From positions 86,311,537 through 86,375,536 of the forward strand of contig NC_068986.1 of the NCBI RefSeq assembly GCF_001194135.2: DNA of 64,000 nucleotides, read 5' to 3'. The notes beneath the pieces were generated by a model. The model saw only the letters and a program-made list of their open reading frames with translations, had not been told where the DNA came from and made no database searches. This DNA comes from Octopus bimaculoides (Eukaryota). Positions 52,158 to 64,000 of the stretch are shown piece by piece. Every line of letters begins with the position of its first letter. Within the stretch, counting starts at the first letter, position 1. The translations under genes and the position numbers were made by a program.

Positions 52158-53936
52158 TTTATTATGTTTCTAGTCATTAATTCTTGGCCTGGCGGTAACA
52201 ATGCCATTGAAAAAAAAAACATATTTAGTCAATAGTTAGTATTTATACAAATACTTACTAGACTTCAATAATAAAACCGAACTTTAAAAAGATATCTTTA
52301 TGAAGTGGCAAGCTAATCGCATTGCTTCCTAAACTTAGAATCAGATGCCAATATTTTCACTATCGCCATACTCAAGATTTCAACAGGATCACATACTGTT
52401 AATTTTTGGTTGAAAAAATTATTAGACCAGTTTTGGGCCGATCAAGGAAACACAAGAAAATAAACTAATAAGAATTGAAATCACATTCTTTGACTTCTAT
52501 ATATTGCCATCGTTTTCCTCACTAAACTCTCCTTTGGTCTGTAACTAAATACCTTCTCGTATACGAAGCCTATTAAAACAGGCTGATGCCGAATTCAACA
52601 GCTGGACCTTAAAATTACTCAGAAATTGTAGAAGAATATCTACAAAAAACATCAAGTTTTAGCTATTTATTACGTCTGATCTTCCTTGTCCTGAGTCTTT
52701 TGTTATCGTGAATAAAACAGTACAGCCCGATCTGTTTGTTTTCATTGCTGATAATAAGGTATTCCAAATTGTTATCTTGAGAAACGAAAAAGACCGAGAC
52801 ATAGAAATGCTACCCCCTTATACATCTGTATTTGTATGTATGCTTTGTGTGTATGCGCTTGTTTGTGCGTGTCTGTGTGTGTGTTTGTATTAGATTGTGT
52901 GTATGCGTACTTAAGTAGAACAAGAGAGAGAGAGATTAAAAGAAAAGGAGCCTGAAAGCAAAAGTCAGAAATGTACATATGTTTACGCATGTATATGTTT
53001 CTTTAAGCACAAGCTGCATGCATAAATATACGTATGTTTGTTATAGTGTCTACCATCAACGCTCCAACGTTGAGCAGACATCCTGACACGAAACATCAAG
53101 AACATTACCATTATAACTAATGTTGATAACAACACTGAAACAAGAAGATGAAGAGCACTATTACACACTAAGAAACAAAACTGTATTAACTCTAAACAAG
53201 TTCAGTAGCACAAATATATTCATCGTAAATGGTAAATCTGAAAATAACCGGACTAAAGTTGTATTAAGTTATCATGTAACGTTTTGTTATCTTTATGGCG
53301 ATGCATTTCTTCCTAGATTTCTGTGTCATAGGCATTAAATTTTTTATAACCNNNNNNNNNNNNNNNNNNNNNNNNNNNNNNNNNNNNNNNNNNNNNNNNN
53401 NNNNNNNNNNNNNNNNNNNNNNNNNNNNNNNNNNNNNNNNNNNNNNNNNNNNNNNNNNNNNNNNNNNNNNNNNNNNNNNNNNNNNNNNNNNNNNNNNNNN
53501 NNNNNNNNNNNNNNNNNNNNNNNNNNNNNNNNNNNNNNNNNNNNNNNNNNNNNNNNNNNNNNNNNNNNNNNNNNNNNNNNNNNNNNNNNNNNNNNNNNNN
53601 NNNNNNNNNNNNNNNNNNNNNNNNNNNNNNNNNNNNNNNNNNNNNNNNNNNNNNNNNNNNNNNNNNNNNNNNNNNNNNNNNNNNNNNNNNNNNNNNNNNN
53701 NNNNNNNNNNNNNNNNNNNNNNNNNNNNNNNNNNNNNNNNNNNNNNNNNNNNNNNNNNNNNNNNNNNNNNNNNNNNNNNNNNNNNNNNNNNNNNNNNNNN
53801 NNNNNNNNNNNNNNNNNNNNNNNNNNNNNNNNNNNNNNNNNNNNNNNNNNNNNNNNNNNNNNNNNNNNNNNNNNNNNNNNNNNNNNNNNNNNNNNNNNNN
53901 NNNNNNNNNNNNNNNNNNNNNNNNNNNNNNNNNNNN

Positions 53937-53972
<36 letters not shown>

Positions 53973-53974
53973 AA

Positions 53975-54087
53975 TTTGATGAAAAGGATGAAAGGCAATG
54001 TCATCCTCGGTGGAATTCAAACTTAGAACATAGAGAAGAAATGTCACTAAACATTCTGACATTGCGGTAACGGTTCTGCCAGTTAAC
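53975..54087 (-). mobile_element. SINE-A 5' fragment, diverged
   Basis: aaggatgaaaggcaatgtc.tcctcggtggaattcaaacttagaac...aacggttctgccagtt. Confidence 0.5.
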
Positions 54088-54703
54088 CGTCTTTGCTTCA
54101 TTCTTTGTCTCCCTCTGTCTCTCTGTCACTCTCTGTCATTCTGACTCTCTTTATATATATACATTCAATATTTAGTACGTTAAGATATATGGTTTGTGCC
54201 TGATGATTATGTCTGAGGTAGTTCTCAACATATGAAACTATTAGTTGCTCATAACACGTGTTGTGTCTATTAAATAATATTTATCTCTCACCAAATGGAA
54301 TACTTTTTTACTGAACTTAGAATGACGGAGTAGCATATTATATCGGTATATAGTTCACTAGTTCTACGCCGAGGTCTATATGATGCTTGAGAATTCATGT
54401 AAAGGTTTTGGTGAAAATATGTCTAATAAGACAGGTATACTTCTATAACACACAAGATGTATTTTAACGTGTCATACAGGTTCAATTCATAGAATCATAC
54501 AGATTTATTTACAAAAATACCTGATTTGAAGAGCAATCAAAGCTTTCCATGCGCAAAACATGGTGGAGACACACTGTTATTGATGGACAAAAACACACAA
54601 ACACACACGCAAATAGACATACATAGAAGATACGAAATGGAGTCCTACGGATACATCTATCCCTTAGATGGTTGCATAAACTCTAACTTATATCTTGCTT
54701 AAT

Positions 54704-54771
<68 letters not shown>

Positions 54772-55042
54772 NNNNNNNNNNNNNNNNNNNNNNNNNNNNN
54801 NNNNNNNNNNNNNNNNNNNNNNNNNNNNNNNNNNNNNNNNNNNNNNNNNNNNNNNNNNNNNNNNNNNNNNNNNNNNNNNNNNNNNNNNNNNNNNNNNNNN
54901 NNNNNNNNNNNNNNNNNNNNNNNNNNNNNNNNNNNNNNNNNNNNNNNNNNNNNNNNNNNNNNNNNNNNNNNNNNNNNNNNNNNNNNNNNNNNNNNNNNNN
55001 NNNNNNNNNNNNNNNNNNNNNNNNNNNNNNNNNNNNNNNNNN

Positions 55043-55079
<37 letters not shown>

Positions 55080-55152
55080 GTATATGTAATATATATATAT
55101 ATATGTATGTATATACATATGTATAAATATATATATATATATACTTATATAC

Positions 55153-55193
<41 letters not shown>

Positions 55194-55236
55194 CTTATAG
55201 ATGTATTTACGTATACATACGTACATGCATATATGA

Positions 55237-55282
<46 letters not shown>

Positions 55283-56744
55283 TGTCACACTCTCAGAGAG
55301 CACAATGTCCTCTGCTGTTATACCGTTTATATACGCAAGTCTTTCAATGGTTTGGAATGTTTGGTATACGATAGGAAGAGACCGTGCAGCTGTTGAAATA
55401 TATGGATTAGTCTTGGTGCCGTAGAATGGCGTTTGCATCTGTATAAATGAATACATGAAATTATTCATAACAGCCTAATCTATACTTGAAGTCTGTCCTA
55501 TTCATACTTATTATTCAGTTTTTACATTTAAATAAACTTCATTTAACTATTATATCTATTTCAGTGTATGTGTGTGCATGCGTGTGTATGTGTATATTTA
55601 TGTGCACGTACATACACTTATGTATAATATTTATTCATGTGTGTGTGTGTGAGTGTGTGTATGTGTGTGATTGTGGGCGCACTCGCGAGCCAAAGCCGAA
55701 CAAAAGCCAATAAACATAAACCTATTTCTTTGACCTCACATATCTAGAAAGATCTGAAACGAACCTTCACAGCAAATTCGATTAAGTTTTTTTTACAAGT
55801 AAATAGCTTCCTGAATGATACCCAGCATGTTTTCCGCATCACACGGTATATTCCGTATACAGGTACCAATATGTTACCCATATTGGTTACCCCATATGAA
55901 AGTGATAACTGCCCAACAATTACAAAACTGATTGTTTTCCGATGCACTATGGGCAAGAATAAAGTTTGATTAAACCATTGAGGACCTGTGGCAGTAAAAA
56001 AATCGATAATTCATTGGGCCATACCAGAACATATTGTTGAACAAAGCAAAAGATCCTCGGTAACCGACGTATAATGTAAGAGAGGAGACCAGTAGAAAGA
56101 CCAAACGAAGTCCAAGTAGAAAATTACCTGAATCTTTTCTGCTACAAAACTCTGTCATCATTGACAGACCCTCCCCCGAAGTTTGCGGAAAGAAACCATT
56201 CAATTACCCCACAAAATGAATTAATCTTGAAACACTGGTATGTTGACCGATAAGCGGTGCATGCCACGATAGTGGACGTTCTACTAGAAATAAATATTCT
56301 CTTGGAAGTGGCAGCTGTATGACTTCAATTGAAGAGGATACTGAAATATTAGATGTGCGTCAGCTATGCAAAAACAAGAAGATATTGTCGTGGATACGAA
56401 CGGAACTCTTGATCCAAATAAATCAGAAGAGAATCGAAGCCATCTTAAACCTAATATACTTGTTAGTTAGAAAGATCTAGCCTTCGCCACTAGGGGTGTG
56501 AAAGACAAGAGATTGCAAGTATGGAACCACCAGCTCCCTAAAGGCATTTTTCCCACAACAGAAGGTAAATGAAAGAGGGATTCATGTTGAAAAGGCGATT
56601 GGAACAGATTCGATACACTTTCATAACGGATGAAAAATAGATTAAACTAGAATCTTAGAAAAATCATTAAAGAAAGACATCAATATCTAACAAGTTCGAG
56701 GAGGTAACGATGACGCTAAAACAATCTCCCATCATGAAACAAGA

Positions 56745-56889
56745 TGTGTGCCTTGGGTATGTGCTGTGGTTTGCTGTGATGCTCTTATGGTTACTGTATT
56801 GAAAGTGGTTTGCGTAGAATGTGTGCAGTGCCCAGTAGTGCAATTTTCTGTATGTTATATATATTTGTAAGTCCTGGTGTTTTTATTAT
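56745..56889 (-). mobile_element. R4/Dong-type LINE short 3' piece (duplicate of 57359-57503)
   Basis: About 145 bp nearly identical to part of the 57305-57678 fragment; bordered by (TAT)/(CAT)n. Confidence 0.8.
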
Positions 56890-56904
56890 ATTATTATTAT
56901 TATT

Positions 56905-56959
<55 letters not shown>

Positions 56960-56974
56960 ACATCGTTAAGTATT

Positions 56975-57194
56975 AAGGTGGTGAGGTAGCAGAATCGTTA
57001 GCACAGCTGGCTAAATGCTCTTAGCGGCATTTCGTCCCTCTTTTATGTTCTGAGCTCAAATTCTGCCACGGTCGACTTTACCTTTTATCCTTTCGGGATC
57101 ATTGAAGTAAGTACCAGTTGCGCACTGAGGTCAATGTTATCGACTTACGTCTCATCCCCAAAAACATGCCTTGTACCTAAATTAGAAAGGATTA
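56975..57194 (+). mobile_element. SINE-A, tail type 2, running into (ATT)n
   Basis: ggtagcagaatcgttagc...gtaccagttgcgcactgaggtc...gccttgtacctaaattagaaaggattatt. Confidence 0.8.
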
Positions 57195-57209
57195 TTATTA
57201 TTATCATCA

Positions 57210-57256
<47 letters not shown>

Positions 57257-57258
57257 GC

Positions 57259-57304
<46 letters not shown>

Positions 57305-57678
57305 GTTCAGTAGTTTTATTTTTATAACGTGCTTTTACTTCACTACCGAGCGCAGCTCTGTGTGCCTTGGGTATGTGCTGTGGTTTGCTGTGATGCTCTT
57401 ATGGTTACTGTATTGAAAGTGTTTTGCGTAGGATGTGTGCAGTGCCCAGTAGTGCAATTTTCTGTATGTTATATATATTTGTAAGTCCTGGTGTTTTTGT
57501 TATGCATTTGTCTGAATATTTTTTTTATTATACCTAAGGCACTATGATAGGAATTGTTTCTGTCTTTAGATTCCACATTCGAGTTACCTCTATTTCCAGG
57601 TCTTTGTATTTTGAAAGTTTTTCCATTTCTTTTAGGGAAACGTTGTCATCTGCTGGTATTGATATATCAATTAGAAAG
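57305..57678 (-). mobile_element. R4/Dong-type LINE 3' fragment (subfamily 2) embedded in (TAA)n
   Basis: FLIDISIPADDNVSLKEME..SKYKDLEIEVTRMWNLKTETIPIIV.ALG...IQKIALLGTAHILRKTLSIQ* (REL endonuclease end; small indels), then 3' UTR ending ctactgaac(aat)n. Confidence 0.85.
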
Positions 57679-57696
57679 TATTATTGTTATTATTAA

Positions 57697-57744
<48 letters not shown>

Positions 57745-57747
57745 CAC

Positions 57748-57792
<45 letters not shown>

Positions 57793-58032
57793 TACTCATA
57801 TACACTCGGCTTACATCCTAATATTAGGCTACAATAAGTAACTTTACATCGGGTTACAACATCAGGCTACAACAAATAGCCTTAGATACCAAAAAACTTC
57901 CTATTGGGTTACCGCAAGTAACCTTAGATGCCACGAACCCTGCTAAGTATCCTAGCTGTCATTAAAAACATTGTTTTCTACTGCTGTACTAAACTGCATT
58001 TTATGGCTATTGCCTCTCTCCATCTGTTCAGA

Positions 58033-59403
58033 TATTATTATTCCTTCGCAACACAGTGTAGGTAAAAATGCACCGGAATTTTTAGTCATCTGTCAAGTCA
58101 CCACAAGGACCTCAGATAGATAATACTTTCCTTAAGATGTGCGCTGTGCCCAATAAAGCTGCATTTTGCAAAACATCAATCTTATTTCTTTATTGCCCAC
58201 AAGGGGCTAAACATAGAGGGGACAAACAAGGACAGACAAACGGATTAAGTCGATTATATCGACCCCAGTGCGTAACTGGTACTTATTTAATCGACCCCGA
58301 AAGGATGAAAGGCAATGTCGACCTCGGCGGAATTTGAACTCAGAACGTAGTGGCAGACGAAATCCCGCTAAGCATTTCGCCCGGTGTGCTAACGTTTCTG
58401 CTCGCCGCCTTCAAAACATCAATTTTGCATGGGATTTACACTTGCCTTAAGAAGTTTTGAAGTTTCAATGGAAATGAGCCCAACGTTCCGGTCACCACTG
58501 GCACCACTTTTACATTACCCTCTCACATTCTATAGTCTTGCCATTTCCACTTTCAATTCGGAGTACTTGGTGACTTTTTTCAGCCTCTTTACTCATAACA
58601 TTCATGTCATTTGGTATGGCTACATCAATTATCTGACAGTATTTGTTTCTCTATTCAATATGATAATATCCGGCCGACGGAGTTCGATTACAAGATCCGC
58701 CTGAAAATCATAGTCCCTGGGTATTGTTACTTTTCCATCCTCCTGCATAACTTCAATTGGTACATGTTTATACCAGTTCTTTGCTACTTCATTTTGGTGT
58801 TTACGGCATAAGAAATACGCAAACAGTTTATTGTGACGGCGCTTGTATTCTTTTTGTGCAAGACTCTCACATCTACTTACTAAGTGGGTCTCATTTTCCA
58901 CACTCTTTCCAAAGAGCCTGCATTTCTGGATGTCAGAAGATTTATACATGTTATACTTCACTGAATTGGTAGCGAGAGCCTGGTCTTGTGCAGCAATCAT
59001 CAGGCTTTCGGTGGTACGCTTCAAATCACCTCGCTCAAGCCATGCCCACGGTGATGTATTATCCTTCAAGTCTTGCGTATTCCTTTCAAACTGTTCATGC
59101 ATTCTTATTTCAAGAAGGTCTTTTCTCCTCAGCTCTTTGGTTAAACTCTTCCTTGCCCATCATTTCTTCTGCATTTACATCCATATCTTTCGTGGCATAT
59201 TGCAGCAGGTCATCATCACTATTTATCAAATATTCGGCAAGCGTTCTCCTTTCACTCCTTATACAATGGTCTATACTAATTAGTCCTCTGTCACCATTCT
59301 TTTTTTTTTTTTTCATGAACAGGCTATTTACGTTTGCTTTAATGTGTAGCACCACATGCAGCGTCATCAACTTACTCGTCATTTTATCCAGTGTTGATAT
59401 TTC

Positions 59404-59407
<4 letters not shown>
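58033..59407 (-). mobile_element. R4/Dong-type (REL endonuclease) LINE 3' portion, interrupted by a SINE
   Basis: LDKMTSKLMTLH..LH.K; GDRGLISI; WLERGDLKRTTESLMIAAQDQALATN; CRL..ENETHLVSRCESLAQKEYKRRHN; RRPDII; KEAEKVTKYSEL; LQNAALLGTAHILRKVLSI*; ends gaaggaataataat. Confidence 0.9.
58181..58411 (-). mobile_element. SINE-A, tail type 1, with 12-bp TSD inside the LINE ORF
   Basis: TSD caaaacatcaat at 58169-58180 and 58412-58423; removing the SINE restores ...KIDVLQNAALLGTAHILRK. Confidence 0.92.
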
Positions 59408-59480
<73 letters not shown>

Positions 59481-60151
59481 GTTTGGTTTGCTGAGAACAT
59501 CACAGATTTTCTGGTGGATAATATGAAAGAATGGAAAACCGAATTGTACTCAAGTAATGTGTTCCTTGGAGAAGTTAATATTAAAAGGGGTATCTTTNNN
59601 NNNNNNNNNNNNNNNNNNNNNNNNNNNNNNNNNNNNNNNNNNNNNNNNNNNNNNNNNNNNNNNNNNNNNNNNNNNNNNNNNNNNNNNNNNNNNNNNNNNN
59701 NNNNNNNNNNNNNNNNNNNNNNNNNNNNNNNNNNNNNNNNNNNNNNNNNNNNNNNNNNNNNNNNNNNNNNNNNNNNNNNNNNNNNNNNNNNNNNNNNNNN
59801 NNNNNNNNNNNNNNNNNNNNNNNNNNNNNNNNNNNNNNNNNNNNNNNNNNNNNNNNNNNNNNNNNNNNNNNNNNNNNNNNNNNNNNNNNNNNNNNNNNNN
59901 NNNNNNNNNNNNNNNNNNNNNNNNNNNNNGGAATTTGGGATTCCCAGATGCCCTTTACTTAATATGAAAAGAGACAAGAAAGCATCCTGCAGAGGATTGC
60001 GGTTGCCATCAGGAGAGACAGTAGTGGGTATAGATATTTAGGGATTTTGGAGCTGGATGACATTCTACACAGAGAAATGAAAGTCAAGGTCAGCGAGGCG
60101 TATCAAAAAAGGGTGAAGATGGTGTTGAAATCCAACCTGAATACCAAAAAT
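59481..60151 (+). mobile_element. R4/Dong-type RT segment in opposite orientation, with internal N gap
   Basis: AENITDFLVDNMKEWKTEL...LGEVNIKRGIF[gap]EFGIPRC.LLNMKR.K...G.RLPSGE...LELDDILHREMKVKVSEAYQKRVKMVLKSNLNTKN; flanked by (TAT)n on both sides. Confidence 0.85.
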
Positions 60152-60156
60152 TATTA

Positions 60157-60256
<100 letters not shown>

Positions 60257-61645
60257 CATTATTATTATCAACAATTATAATAAGGATTTTTTCATTTGCA
60301 TAATGTCACTTTTCTGAGAGAGATGTATATTACTAAATCTTCTCTAAATTTGAATGTTCCTTGTGGTATCGAGCCTGGATAGATTAGAAAAAAATAATCT
60401 CAGCAGTAATTTACTCTGTAGTGGTGAGCTAATTAAACACCACTCAGCATTTTCCAGTATCTTGCCAATTTCTCTCTCTACTGTCCTCATTAATAATCAT
60501 AATAATATTCAAAGATTAACGAGTCCAAAAATACAGAGGATTAAACCGAGATTTGTATAATACTGCTACATACTATATGCACCCTGTTCGGCTTCGAACT
60601 CGGATCATCCATCAATACTGCAAAACAATAAAATATTATTGCAGTTCTCTGGTATCTGATGCATTTCCACGTCTCTCTTTTGATTAAATAAATGAAGTGT
60701 TTCACAGCGATTGTATTAGATATACTGAACAATAGAGTTTGTCAATAAATCTTGTTAACTAACACAGCTACACAATGTGATTTAGAAAGAAGAAAAAACG
60801 ACATCAAAATGATATATGTAGAGAGATTGATAAAGAAGTAGTAAAACAAAAAAATAACATCAGTCTATGGGTTATGGACTATGAACATTAATCCATTCTG
60901 ATCGGAGCAACAAATAATGACAAGGCTAAGAGAAAGATTAAAGAATGTAAACATGTACAGAAATGCCACTAATAGTTTGGAGAATTAAAGAACAAGTAAT
61001 TTGAGTAAAGAAGTAAAAAAAATAATACACACAACATAGGAAAATACAGCGAAAATATCGTCCGCCATATTGTGCTGGATGCGTAACAGGAAGTTCAATG
61101 AAAATAAATCCCTGGAAACAGTTTAAACAAAAAATAAAAAGGAAGAAACAAAAATGTCAAAAAGTAAGGGAAAAGTGTAATCGTTACTGTTCAGTGAAGA
61201 CAAGAAAATTGTATTTTTTCAAATAGACTATTTTCCTATTGAGTGACTGTCTTAATTTGGAAAAATCCTTTGAAGAATTTGCGAGATCAGCTTAAATGAA
61301 TGTTTTTTTTGGCTCTGTGTTTTTTTAAGATAGATGTTTTCTTTTGTTTTGACTTCTGTCGCTTTTCCACTTTTCGCAAAACGAACCACTTTGCCGTCTC
61401 ACATACATACCATCAGCACAACTAACCAAACAGCTAACCGACCGACTCTCCGTCCAACATTTTCATCGACCAAAGATATATTTTTTCCTCTTTCATCTTT
61501 CAATATATTTATTTTTCCTTTGACGTTTTCCTATTATTTACTATTATTATCGGAATCCCCGAGAAAAGAAAAGAAAATAATGTTGGAAAGTGAAGCCAAG
61601 AAATAAAATAAAATTTAAAAGGCAACAATTATACACACACACATA

Positions 61646-61676
<31 letters not shown>

Positions 61677-61727
61677 NNNNNNNNNNTATGCTCACGTAGA
61701 GACAGGCGTATATATAAACACATACAT

Positions 61728-61767
<40 letters not shown>

Positions 61768-62221
61768 AAATATTTATAAAAGTTTATATATCAATGTGTC
61801 TTTATATATAAATATATATGTGTGAGTTTTGCGTGTGTGTATGTGTATATATTTATAAATTCATATATATATATATATATGTAATTAGCATGTGTGCGTG
61901 TGTGTGCGCGTGTGTATGTGTGTGTGTGTGTTTGTGGTACAACATGAAAAAATCGTTGCCTGACCTATTCACATCTGCAACCTTGCAAATTTCTAAAGAC
62001 TGTCTTTCAACAACACAGATTTCCTCTGTCGGAACTTTATTTTTTTTTTTTTACTTTGAGCATAATACTTTCCTTAGTATTATTATTACTATTATTATCA
62101 TCATCATCATCATCATCGTTATTGTTTTTATTATTATTATTTTTTGTTGCAGACATGTTCTATATCAATATTTTCCTTTTCTTTGTCACCATTTTACTAT
62201 ATAATCTTAGGTTTTTCAATG

Positions 62222-62656
<435 letters not shown>

Positions 62657-63099
62657 AAAATGTATTGAATATGTGAGTGGTACTTGTTTTTCTTTCGTCT
62701 CTTTTATCTACAAATATACATTCTTTTGATTTTTTCCTTCCGCCTTGCGATTTATTTTTGTTTTGTTTAACTTCTTCAATATCCTCTCGTTCCATTATTG
62801 TTTGGATAGTTTAATTCAATGATATTGAATAAAATCAATATTTCCTTAACTAAATTCTAAATTGGGGTAATCATAGCGATATGAAATATCTAAAATGAAG
62901 AAACTCATAAAAATTGACTTTTAAAGATTAAATATGCATCTATCCTGATATCTCTTCTTATCGATATTGTTTGGATTGCTGTAGAATAATCAGATTACGC
63001 TAATACGTCAGTAACATGTATGCTTTACATATATTTACATGTCAGCATTAACTGACACCCTTGGGTCTTATTGACACCATTACCTCTCATAACCTCTAT

Positions 63100-63524
63100 A
63101 TATTCTTTTATTCATTTACTCTTTTACATGCTTCAGTCATTTTGACTGCGGCCATGCCGGAGCACGATATTTAGTCGAGCGAATCGACAACAGAACTTTT
63201 TCTTTCTAAGCCTAGTACTTATTCTATCGATCTCTTTTGACGAACCGCTTATCTACGGGTACGTAAACACTTCAGCATCGGTTGTCAAGTGATGTTGGAG
63301 GGACAAGCACAGACAGACAAACATATACACTCATATATATACATATACACTCATATATACATACATATACAACGGGCTTCTTTCAGTTTCCGTCTAACAA
63401 ATCTACTCATAAAGCTTTGGTCGGCCCTAGGCTATAGTCGATGACACTTGCCGGAGGAGCTACGCAGTGGAATCGAACCCGGAACCATGTGGTTGGTAAG
63501 CAATTACTTACCACACAGCCACTC
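63100..63524 (-). mobile_element. SINE-B, full length (best copy in the window)
   Basis: Minus strand gagtggctgtgtggtaag (A box), ccgggttcgattcc (B box), CORE-like ggcaagtgtc.tcgactatagcc, short internal TA/TG tract, tail gtgctccggcatggccgcagtcaaaatgactgaagc. Confidence 0.88.
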
Positions 63525-63742
63525 CTATATATATATATCTATATATACTTCCTGTATTTTGGTTATTTCTTTTACTTCTTTCAGTCATTCAACAACGGCC
63601 TAGTACTTATTCTACCGATCTCTTTTGTCGAACCACATGCAATTCTCTTAGGCATTGGTACCGGAAGCTCCAATACAAACATGTGAGAGTGTTTGGCTAT
63701 CAATCTGAGGACAGTGCAATCTGAGGACATGTAATGAGATAG

Positions 63743-64000
63743 ATAAAAATCAAACTTCCAGTCAACGTCGTGGGGTTTCGAGTGAACACTAGTGACGGTG
63801 ATGTTATGCTTCCATTCGTCTTTCCTCACGGTCTCAGGCCCAACACAGAGACCTACATCACGTGCTGGAGGAGGTAGCGCTGCTCTGGGTCAAGAGGGTG
63901 GCTGCTGGAAGAACCTATGTCTGGCAAGAGGACACTGCACCATGCCACATAAGCAGGAGAAACCAGCTATGTCTGTCGAACAATTTCTGCGACCGCATCA
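63743..64000 (+). mobile_element. Tc1/mariner-superfamily transposase fragment (DDE/D domain), frameshifted, runs off the window
   Basis: KLPVNVVGF.VNTSDGDVMLPFVFPHGLRPNTETYI.C/LEEVALLWVKRVAAGRTYVWQEDTAPCHISRRNQ.CLSNNFCDRI; WQEDTAPCH corresponds to the FQQDxAPxH second-Asp motif. Confidence 0.85.

Noticed and set aside
55900-56740. Possible very old LINE endonuclease remnant
   Set aside because: Only faint motif resemblance across several stops and frameshifts; not supportable without an HMM search.

Overview
AT-rich eukaryotic DNA with 19 N-gaps, dense microsatellites and abundant SINEs. The repeat repertoire resembles an Octopus genome scaffold (inference, no database search run). I could not support any intact host protein-coding gene; most ORF-track entries are microsatellite or N-gap artefacts. 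The window holds about 30 copies or fragments of tRNA-derived SINEs: family A with two alternative 3' tails, CORE-type family B with an internal microsatellite, and a CORE/V-like family. It also holds decayed autonomous elements: a Penelope-like GIY-YIG fragment, a CR1/L2-group LINE, a Tx1/L1-clade LINE, an RTE tail, several R4/Dong-type REL-endonuclease LINE pieces in (TAA)n tracts, two Tc1/mariner transposase fragments, MITEs and long palindromes. The most interesting signals are: (1) head-to-tail SINE-A arrays with the same junction at four places, suggesting insertion into its own A-box; (2) SINE 3' tails matching LINE 3' ends in the same window, one with a compensated stem-loop; (3) twin-priming-like inversions of an R4/Dong element and possibly a Tx1 element; (4) a type I hammerhead ribozyme-like motif.
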